Assembly: GCA_035574315.1 (NCBI GenBank)
Contig: DATLYW010000037.1
Coordinates: 43,853 to 107,852 of the forward strand
Direction of reading: 5' to 3'
Source: Candidatus Zixiibacteriota bacterium
GTDB lineage: Bacteria; Desulfobacterota; Binatia; UBA9968
DNA: 64,000 nt
The notes beneath the pieces are model-generated. The model ran no database searches, had not been told where the DNA came from, and was given only the letters and a program-made list of their open reading frames with translations. The translations under genes and the position numbers were made by a program. Shown one piece after another: positions 57,492 to 64,000 of the stretch; the first letter of the stretch is position 1, and each line of letters begins with the position of its first letter.

Positions 57492-58865
57492 TCACCCCGC
57501 CCGCAGCAGCTCCGTCAGCTCCCGGATCGACGAAAGCTCCTCCAGCGAAGAGACGGCGGCGATGATTCGTTCCGCCCTCGATTCCGGCAGGGCGAGGCGA
57601 GCGTTCGCGCGGAACTTCTCCTGCAGCTCTTCCGGCGGCAGCGGCCACTCGGGTCCGCCCCGCGGGTGCGGCTGGTTTTCCTCGAGGACCGTCCCGTCGT
57701 CGAGCACGACCCGCACGTGGCCCGAGAAGTGGCGGGGGTAGTCGATCGACGGGTCCAGCTCGTAGCGGACCTTTGCCGCGAGCGCGAGAATTTGCGGATC
57801 GCGGATCGCCGCTTCGGAGAATTCTTCCAGGCCGGCTCTTCCACGCACCAGGATCGCGGCGATGCTGTACGGCAGACTGAACTTGGCGCCGTAGGAGGTC
57901 GCCGGCCGCCGCTTGCTTTCCAGCGGTTCCCAGAGCCGGTGCACCGGCCCTTCGGCCGTCCGGCAGACGATCTCCGCGATGCGTGCCGGGACGAGACCGT
58001 GCTTCTGCCGGAGCCTCAGAGCGCAATCCATGTAGGGATGGGATATCGAGCCGCAGGGATACGACTTGAACGTCAGCCGCGGGGTTTCCCAGGCCCGGCC
58101 GAGCTCCGCCAGCCCTCGAAAATCATAGTCGTCCGGACCCCCGAAGCAGCGATAGAAGCCGTGGCGGCCCTCGAAGACCGTCGCCGGTCCGCGAAAACCC
58201 TGAGCCGCGAGCCAGGTCGCGATCACGCCCGCGTGGGCCGACCAGCCCGGGTGGAGGCGCTTGGTCCAGGTCCCGTCGGCGAGATACTCGATGATGCCCG
58301 AGCTCTGGCTCCCGCACAGCCCGAGGGCATCGACCCATTGCGGCTCCGAGAGGCGGTAGAGCTTCCCCGCCGCAGCGGCCGCGCCGAAGGTGGAACAGAC
58401 CGCCGTCGGATGAAAGCCGCGCGCATGGAACCTCCCCGGCGCTACCAGACCGACCTTGCAGAGCACCTCCGTCGCGGCGATCGCCGCTTCCAGCACGGCG
58501 GCACCGCTGGCGTCCACTTCCTCGCCCACCGCCAGAGCCGTCGTCACCGCGCAGCATCCCGTGTGGACGATCGCTTCCTCCAGCGTGTCGTCGTAGTCCA
58601 GCCCATGGGCGAGAGTCCCGTTTGCCAGCACGGCGTTGGGCGCCGCCGCCCGGATCCGCGACCCGATCACGGTACTGTGCGGCGCCCCGCCCAATCGCTC
58701 GGCGACCCCGCAGACCATTCTCCCGAAGTCCATCGTCGACGAGGCCAGTGCAACGCCGAGCGTGTCGAGGAAAACGAGCTTCGCCTTGGCCGTAACCTCA
58801 GGCGGAACCGCGCCCAGCTCGAGCGAGGAGACGAAACGGGCTATCTGCTGCGAACAGGTCTCCAT
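57492..58865 (-). CDS. MmgE/PrpD family protein (2-methylcitrate dehydratase-like)
   Basis: 457 aa, PrpD fold signatures (DxLG...HGxDYDD). Confidence 0.8.
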   Translation of the reverse strand: METCSQQIARFVSSLELGAVPPEVTAKAKLVFLDTLGVALASSTMDFGRMVCGVAERLGGAPHSTVIGSRIRAAAPNAVLANGTLAHGLDYDDTLEEAIVHTGCCAVTTALAVGEEVDASGAAVLEAAIAATEVLCKVGLVAPGRFHARGFHPTAVCSTFGAAAAAGKLYRLSEPQWVDALGLCGSQSSGIIEYLADGTWTKRLHPGWSAHAGVIATWLAAQGFRGPATVFEGRHGFYRCFGGPDDYDFRGLAELGRAWETPRLTFKSYPCGSISHPYMDCALRLRQKHGLVPARIAEIVCRTAEGPVHRLWEPLESKRRPATSYGAKFSLPYSIAAILVRGRAGLEEFSEAAIRDPQILALAAKVRYELDPSIDYPRHFSGHVRVVLDDGTVLEENQPHPRGGPEWPLPPEELQEKFRANARLALPESRAERIIAAVSSLEELSSIRELTELLRAG

Positions 58866-60289
58866 GCCTGAGCTCTCCTCTGCGCCGGCCGTGCTCTGGG
58901 CCGCTCGCGCCCTCCGGCGACGGCGCGCAGGAGCGGATCGATCGGGCCCCCGGACTTCAGCCGCGTGACCGCGTCGATCGCCTCATCGATGCGAGGCTTC
59001 GGCAGCACCAGGCGCGCGCAGTCGCGGAACTTCTCGCACAACTCCTCCCATGTCATCGGTTTTTCGGGATGTCCGCGGGCGACATCGTATCGGCCCTCGA
59101 TGACGGTGCCGTCCTTCAGATGAACCCGCACCCGCGAGCGAACCTGATCGTAGCCGAGCGCTTCCAGCTCCTCGTCGACATAGAGTTTCACCCGCCGCAT
59201 GAGATCGACGACTTTCGGGTTCCGGACCTTGGCGTCCCTGAACTGCGCGATTCCGGCCTTGCGCTCCAGCACCCCGATCGCCATGCAAAACGGGATGCTG
59301 AACTTCCCCTCGAGCGCGGTCTTCGGCATCGGGTAAATGAGCGCGTTCGGAACGTTCGAGTTGGTTCCCACCTCGATCGAAGCGATATCCTCGGGACGAA
59401 GGTCGTGCTTCTTGACGAGATCGAGGATCAGATCCTGGGCCGGGTGCGAGAGCGAGCCCGACGGATAGGGCTTGATCGAGATCCCCGGCTCGACCAGGAA
59501 GTAGGGACGACCGAGCCTTCCCGAGATCTTGGCGGCGTCGTAGCCGCCCGCCATGGCATTGTAGAATCCCCTGGGAGCCTCGAGGATGTTCGGCGCCGCG
59601 GTGTGGCCGGCGCGTGCCAGCAGCGCCGCCATGGCGCCGTTTTCGGCCGCGCGTCCGGCATGGAGCGGCTTGGTCATCGTGCCGAAATTTTCCCGCAACC
59701 CCCCGGCCATGCTCGCCGCGATTCCCAGAGTCCGGGCGAGCGCCTCCGGTCCCAAGCCGAGGATCCTGGCGCACGCCGCCGCGGCCCCGAGGCCCCCGAT
59801 GGTCGCCGTCGAGTGAAACCCCGACTGATAGTGGCGCGGGTTGATCGCGTCGGCGATCCGGCACTCGACCTCGACTCCCAGAACGTATGCCAGCAGGAGG
59901 TCCCGCCCTCCCGCCTTTTCCCGCTCGGCCAGCGCAAGGGCCGCCGCCAGAACGGGCGTCGTCGGGTGGGTGAGCAGGCCGTAAACCGCTTCTCTGGACG
60001 TCGAGAGCTGGGTGTCGTCGTAATCCATCGCATGGCCCGCCACACCGTTTACCAGCGCGGCCATCGGGGCCGGAGCTTTCCAGCCGTGCCCCAGGATGCT
60101 CGCCTCCTCTCTTCCGCCCATCTCGCGGACGTACGCCTGGATGATGCGCGCCCCCTTTTCCGTGGAACCCGCCAGCGCCACACCCAGACCGTCCAGGATG
60201 AAGCCTTCCGCCAGTCGGATGACCTCCGCAGGGAGATCGCGGTACCTGGTCCTGGCGACGAAATCGGCTATCTCCTGCGTGATCCCCAT
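58841..60289 (-). CDS. MmgE/PrpD family protein, second paralog
   Basis: 482 aa, the same family (FILDGLGVALAG...HAMDYDD). It overlaps the downstream paralog by 25 nt. Confidence 0.8.
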   Translation of the reverse strand: MGITQEIADFVARTRYRDLPAEVIRLAEGFILDGLGVALAGSTEKGARIIQAYVREMGGREEASILGHGWKAPAPMAALVNGVAGHAMDYDDTQLSTSREAVYGLLTHPTTPVLAAALALAEREKAGGRDLLLAYVLGVEVECRIADAINPRHYQSGFHSTATIGGLGAAAACARILGLGPEALARTLGIAASMAGGLRENFGTMTKPLHAGRAAENGAMAALLARAGHTAAPNILEAPRGFYNAMAGGYDAAKISGRLGRPYFLVEPGISIKPYPSGSLSHPAQDLILDLVKKHDLRPEDIASIEVGTNSNVPNALIYPMPKTALEGKFSIPFCMAIGVLERKAGIAQFRDAKVRNPKVVDLMRRVKLYVDEELEALGYDQVRSRVRVHLKDGTVIEGRYDVARGHPEKPMTWEELCEKFRDCARLVLPKPRIDEAIDAVTRLKSGGPIDPLLRAVAGGRERPRARPAQRRAQAWRPVRSR

Positions 60290-60471
60290 CGTTCTCCTCC
60301 GGGTCTGCTCGGCCCAGGTCTGCCGCCACGCGGCGCTTCGCCAACAATCAAAAACCGGATACTCTTTATTAGTGGAAGCCTGGTTGCCGCTGGCTTCCCT
60401 TTAAATATTAAAACCGGGTGAAAAACAAGAGATTTTCGCCGTTCCGCCATGATGCCTCGGCCGTGCGGCTG

Positions 60472-60500
60472 TTGACACGGCGAGGGCCCTGGGCTAGCTT
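60472..60500 (+). promoter_or_regulatory. Candidate sigma70 promoter (TTGACA-N17-TAGCTT) upstream of the SAM riboswitch
   Basis: TTGACA at 60472-60477, and a -10-like TAGCTT 17 nt downstream. Confidence 0.45.
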
Positions 60501-60514
60501 ACCCGATTGTCTGG

Positions 60515-60630
60515 GCACCTTATCCAGAGTGGTGGAGGGATCGGCCCTTCGAAGCCACAGCAACCGGTTCCTGAAGAGGGAACGCTGGTGCTAATTCCCG
60601 CTCCCGGCAACGGGAGAAAGATAAGGTGAG
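60515..60630 (+). ncRNA. SAM-I (S-box) riboswitch aptamer
   Basis: CTTATCCAGAGTGGTGGAGGGATCGGCCCTTCGAAGCCACAGCAACC...GGTGCTAATTCCCGCTCCCGGCAACGGGAGAAAGATAAGG matches the S-box consensus cUCUUAUCaAGAGnGGuGGAGGGAcuGGCCCgAuGAAgCCcrGCAACC...GGUGCUAAuUCC...GAuAAG. P1 is CTTATC/GATAAG. Confidence 0.8.
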
Positions 60631-60636
60631 GGTCGA

Positions 60637-60672
60637 CCTCTTCTTATCTTTGCGATGGAAGAGGTTTTTTTT
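60637..60672 (+). terminator. Riboswitch expression-platform intrinsic terminator
   Basis: CCTCTTCTTATC-TTTGC-GATGGAAGAGG followed by T9. The 5' arm (CTTATCT) can alternatively pair with the P1 3' strand (AGATAAG) as an antiterminator. Confidence 0.6.
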
Positions 60673-60687
60673 TGGTACGAGACGGCG

Positions 60688-61455
60688 ATGAGCCTGACCG
60701 CCGAGCAGATCGAACGCTACAGCCGCCAGATCATGATTCCGGATCTCGGGGGCGCGGCGCAAATCCGCCTGCGCCGAGCCCGCGTGCTCGTGGTCGGCGC
60801 AGGGGGCCTCGGCTCCCCGGCCGCGCTCTACCTCGCCGCAGCCGGCATCGGAGGGCTCGGGCTGGTCGACAGCGACCGCGTCGAGCTGTCGAACCTCCAG
60901 CGGCAGATTCTCCACTCGACGGCGGACATCGGCCGGCCCAAGGTCGAGTCCGCACGGGAGCGCCTCCGGCAGCTCAATCCAGAAGTCGCGGTGGAGACTT
61001 ATCCCCTGCGTCTCGAGGCCGACAATGCCGCGGAGATCTTCGCCGGCTACGACTTCATCGTCGACGGAAGCGACAACTTCGCCACCAAGTTCCTGGTCAA
61101 CGATCAGGCGGTTGCCCTGGGAAAACCGTTCTCGCACGCGGGAATCGTGCGGCTCCAGGGCCAGACCATGACGGTCATTCCGGGAAAGAGCGCCTGCTAC
61201 CGCTGTGTCTTCCGGGAGCCTCCTCCGCCGGCCGAGATTCCGGGGTGTCAGCAGGCCGGAATCCTGGGGGCGGTGGCCGGAACCATCGGCTCGATCCAGG
61301 CAGCCGAAGCCATCAAGGTGCTCGCCGGGATCGAGGAGGGCCTGCTCACCGACCGCTTGCTCACCTTCGACGCCAGGGCGATGAAGTTCCACGCCGTGGA
61401 GGTTCGGAGGGACCAGAGCTGCAGCGCCTGCGGAGGGCTGCGCCCGCAACTGTAA
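60688..61455 (+). CDS. ThiF/MoeB/MoeZ-family E1-like adenylyltransferase
   Basis: Start MSLTAEQIERYSRQI. VLVVGAGGLGSPAALYLAAAGIG nucleotide-binding motif, and a CxxC...CxxC zinc site (CYRC...CSAC). Confidence 0.8.
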   Translation: MSLTAEQIERYSRQIMIPDLGGAAQIRLRRARVLVVGAGGLGSPAALYLAAAGIGGLGLVDSDRVELSNLQRQILHSTADIGRPKVESARERLRQLNPEVAVETYPLRLEADNAAEIFAGYDFIVDGSDNFATKFLVNDQAVALGKPFSHAGIVRLQGQTMTVIPGKSACYRCVFREPPPPAEIPGCQQAGILGAVAGTIGSIQAAEAIKVLAGIEEGLLTDRLLTFDARAMKFHAVEVRRDQSCSACGGLRPQL

Positions 61456-61528
61456 GGCGGGGCTCGAGGCGCCGGTCGGTGGAAGTGAAAGATGTTCTGA
61501 TTTAAACTGGTCAAGGAGGTTTGATTTT

Positions 61529-61807
61529 ATGGCAGTTAGAGTCCGCGTGCCCACGCCGCTTCGCAAATTCACGCACGGCGCGGACGAGGTCGATGCTCAG
61601 GGGAGCACGGTCAAGGCGATCGTCGAGGACCTGGAAAGGAAGTTTCCGGGAATCAAGGAGCGGATCTGCGACGAGAACGGGAAGATCCGGCGCTTCGTGA
61701 ACGTCTACGTCAACGGCGACGACATCCGTTTCCTGCAAAACCTCGAGACCTCTCTCAAGGAAGGGGACAGCATCTCCATCGTCCCCGCCATCGCGGGCGG
61801 CCGCTGA
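61529..61807 (+). CDS. MoaD/ThiS-family sulfur-carrier protein (CysO-like), C-terminus ...AIAGG-R
   Basis: 92 aa, a beta-grasp-type sequence ending in GG followed by one extra Arg. The RBS is AAGGAGG. Confidence 0.65.
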   Translation: MAVRVRVPTPLRKFTHGADEVDAQGSTVKAIVEDLERKFPGIKERICDENGKIRRFVNVYVNGDDIRFLQNLETSLKEGDSISIVPAIAGGR

Positions 61808-61821
61808 GCCGGAGCGGAGGC

Positions 61822-62823
61822 ATGGCATCGATCAGTCCCGTGCTGCGCCCCGTCCCGGAGGAGAGGCGGGAGCTCAGAAAGGTCGAATCGGTCCTCGAGC
61901 TGATCGGCAACACACCGTTGCTCGAGATCCGCAGGATCACCGAAGGATTGCCCTCCGGGGTGCGCATCTTCGCCAAGCTGGAAGGCTTCAACCCCGGCGG
62001 CTCGGTCAAGGACCGGGCCGCGCTGCGCATGGTGCAGGAAGGGATTCGAAGCGGGAAGCTGACGCGTGGAAAAACGATCCTGGATTCCACCTCGGGCAAC
62101 ACCGGCATCGCTCTGGCGATGATCGGCTGTGTCCTCGGCTATCCCGTGGAGCTGGTCGTTCCCGGCAACGTGAGCGTCGAACGCAAGCACATCCTGCACG
62201 CTTACGGCGCCAAGGTCACTTTCAGCGATCCGCTCGAGGGCTCCGACGGCGCCATCCGCCTGTGCCGCAAGATCTTCGAGCAGAATCCGGCGCGCTACTT
62301 CAAGCCCGACCAGTACTCGAACCCGATGAACCCGCAGGCGCACTACGAGACCACTGGACCGGAGATTTACCGACAAACGCGCGGCCGGATCACCCACTTC
62401 GTCGCCGGGATCGGCACCGGGGGAACGATCATGGGCGTGGGCCGCTATCTCAAGGAGGTCGACCCGTCGATCCGTGTCATCGCCGTCGAGCCGGACGACG
62501 CGCTTCACGGGCTCGAAGGCCTGAAGCACATGGCGAGCTCGATCGTGCCCGCGATCTACCACGAAGAAGAGCTCGACGACAAATTCCCCGTCTCAACGGA
62601 AGACGCCTACGCAATGGTCTACCGCCTGAGCCAGGAGGAAGGCGTGCTCGTGGGGCAATCTTCCGGTGCGGCGATGTTCGCCGCGCTCAAGCTCGCGCGC
62701 CGGCTGGAGTCCGGCACGATCGTGACGATCTTCCCCGACTTCGGCGACAAATACCTGAGCACCAATCTCTGGGTGGGCTGGCGCGACCGGATGGCGGTCG
62801 GCAATCTGAAGTTCGCGATCTGA
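61822..62823 (+). CDS. Cysteine synthase family PLP enzyme (CysK/CysM-like, candidate thiocarboxylate-dependent sulfhydrylase)
   Basis: PLP Lys in NPGGSVKDRAA, and GNTG, GTGGT loops. Confidence 0.85.
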   Translation: MASISPVLRPVPEERRELRKVESVLELIGNTPLLEIRRITEGLPSGVRIFAKLEGFNPGGSVKDRAALRMVQEGIRSGKLTRGKTILDSTSGNTGIALAMIGCVLGYPVELVVPGNVSVERKHILHAYGAKVTFSDPLEGSDGAIRLCRKIFEQNPARYFKPDQYSNPMNPQAHYETTGPEIYRQTRGRITHFVAGIGTGGTIMGVGRYLKEVDPSIRVIAVEPDDALHGLEGLKHMASSIVPAIYHEEELDDKFPVSTEDAYAMVYRLSQEEGVLVGQSSGAAMFAALKLARRLESGTIVTIFPDFGDKYLSTNLWVGWRDRMAVGNLKFAI

Positions 62824-62841
62824 AGACCGTCCGGGCCGCGG

Positions 62842-63306
62842 TCAGGGCACCGTGGCCCAGATCGAGATCACCAGAGCGCCGCCCTCGTGCGGCGGCCCTC
62901 CGAGCAGGAAGTTCCCTTTGTTTTGCAGCCGGACCGTGGTATCGAGCAGCCGCTTCTGCCCTTCCGTCAGGCTCACCTTGAGAGCGATCTGACGGTTGCG
63001 AAAAGCCTCCGGGGTCACGGTCAGGGCGCGGCCTCCCGGAATCTCGAAAACCGCCTTTCCTTTCCACGGCACGTTCTGTGCCTCCTCCCCGACGAGCCGG
63101 TAAGAGCGGTATTTCATCACCTTGAGCTGCTTTTCGAGCGGGGCCAGGCGCCCGTCGAACTCGTCGCTCTGATTGCTCGCGAGGATCGTTCCGATCTTGA
63201 TCTCGACCGCGGGCGCGGCGCTCTCCGCGCCGAGCGCCGGCGCGCCCGCGCCGAGGAGCGTGCTAAAAAGCAGGGCTCGCGTCGCTGTTTTCCACGGGAG
63301 CTTCAT
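62842..63306 (-). CDS. Secreted hypothetical protein
   Basis: 154 aa with a signal peptide (LLFSTLLGAGAPALGA). No domain recognised. Confidence 0.4.
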   Translation of the reverse strand: MKLPWKTATRALLFSTLLGAGAPALGAESAAPAVEIKIGTILASNQSDEFDGRLAPLEKQLKVMKYRSYRLVGEEAQNVPWKGKAVFEIPGGRALTVTPEAFRNRQIALKVSLTEGQKRLLDTTVRLQNKGNFLLGGPPHEGGALVISIWATVP

Positions 63307-63802
63307 CGTCGTCTTCCTGGTTCTGGTACAGCCAAATGACCGTGGTTTTCGTTTCGTCCTCGCGGAACAGGCCGACGCTGCGCCCGTGGGCGTTGATCGA
63401 TTCCACGACGGTGAAGTTGCCGCGGGAACCGGCTCTCCAGCTCGAAAGCAACGGCTCCAGGGAGACGACCCCGATCAGCACCGCGATCAGCGCCGGGACC
63501 GCCCAGACCAGCCGCGGCGACGCGAGCGCGTCACGCAAGCTTTCCACGACCCGCTCGCGCCGGGAGCGCCGCTCCGCGATCCTGCCCGCAACCGCGCGCC
63601 AGAAGGGGTCGAACGCGGGGCGCGGCGCCCGATCGCGGAGCACGCTCCGGAGCGATGCGTTCAGCCTTTCCAGCCGCCGCCGCTCCGCCTGGCACGCCAC
63701 GCACTCTTCCAGGTGCGCACGCACCGATTCGCCCTGCGCGCCTCCGATCTCGCCGTCCAGCCACGCTCCGAGCAGCTCCCTGGTGTTCTCGCACGCCGTC
63801 AT
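63263..63802 (-). CDS. Anti-sigma factor (zinc-finger, single TM)
   Basis: N-terminal HLEECVACQ (HxxxCxxC), a central TM helix, and ATGA-type overlap with the upstream sigma-factor stop. Confidence 0.6.
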   Translation of the reverse strand: MTACENTRELLGAWLDGEIGGAQGESVRAHLEECVACQAERRRLERLNASLRSVLRDRAPRPAFDPFWRAVAGRIAERRSRRERVVESLRDALASPRLVWAVPALIAVLIGVVSLEPLLSSWRAGSRGNFTVVESINAHGRSVGLFREDETKTTVIWLYQNQEDDDEAPVENSDASPAF

Positions 63803-64000
63803 AGGAACCCGCCCAGCTTCTCCTGCAGCTTCTTGCGGGCGTAGTGCAGGCGGCTCATCACGGTGCCCTCGGAGCAGCCCAGAACTTCCCCGATGTCCTT
63901 GTAGGACATCCCTTCGATGGTTCTCAGCACAATGACGGCTTTGTGCTCTGGAGTCAAATCATTGATCGCGGCGATCAGCCCCTCCCGCAGCTCCCGGTCG
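63796..64000 (-). CDS. ECF (sigma-70 family) sigma factor, C-terminal part (5' end beyond window)
   Basis: The reverse-complement reads ...DRELREGLIAAINDLTPEHKAVIVLRTIEGMSYKDIGEVLGCSEGTVMSRLHYARKKLQEKLGGFL*, a region-4 HTH. Confidence 0.7.

Overview
This is a high-GC (about 65-70%), densely coding bacterial chromosomal segment. It looks like an uncultured soil-type Gram-negative lineage, with many Bug/TctC, NMT1-like, amidohydrolase-2 and LLM genes. I cannot name a taxon from sequence alone. I see no CRISPR array, rRNA or tRNA gene, transposase or integrase. About 70 protein-coding genes are supported. Many long all-frame ORFs in the supplied track are GC-driven artefacts lying antisense to the real genes.

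Main content, left to right:
- A minus-strand catabolic operon: PqqC/TenA-like, ThDP-dependent enzyme, three amidohydrolase-2 paralogs, a substrate-binding protein (SBP) and a D-2-hydroxyacid dehydrogenase.
- Two orphan small ORFs, a Flp pilin, TctC, an FKBP-type isomerase, and an RRM RNA-binding gene with a strong sigma70 promoter and a long leader.
- DUF72, cupin, a hemerythrin-like protein, a CoA-transferase, and a deoxyhypusine-synthase-like gene translationally coupled to an SBP.
- An opgG-opgH operon (osmoregulated periplasmic glucans) immediately followed by an ExeA-type ATPase whose periplasmic part consists of BON (OsmY-like) domains.
- An M48-LysM lipoprotein, and an Mla/MCE-type ABC system (STAS-MlaE, MlaF, MlaD, auxiliary lipoprotein) followed by sugE.
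- A second PqqC-like, amidohydrolase-2, threonine aldolase, decarboxylase and KDPG aldolase module.
- A hydantoin-utilisation-like cluster: hyuA/hyuB, LLM oxidoreductase, SBP, M20 amidohydrolase and a hydantoin-racemase-family protein.
- A redox operon: SDR, peroxiredoxin/BCP-like redoxin, BolA, Grx4 and a TPR lipoprotein.
- An Fe(III)-type ABC importer and two MmgE/PrpD paralogs.
- A SAM-I riboswitch with an intrinsic terminator controlling a ThiF/MoeB, MoaD/ThiS-like carrier and CysK/CysM-like operon, then an ECF sigma/anti-sigma pair at the right edge.

The most striking observation is the redoxin gene at 50701-51210. It is interrupted by a single in-frame TGA exactly where the first Cys of its W-C-P-K-C redox motif belongs. 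This is the classic signature of an unannotated selenocysteine codon (U-x-x-C selenoprotein), with a small hairpin 11 nt downstream. Coordinates taken from my own reading of the sequence may be off by 1-2 nt. Those derived from the ORF-track arithmetic are exact.
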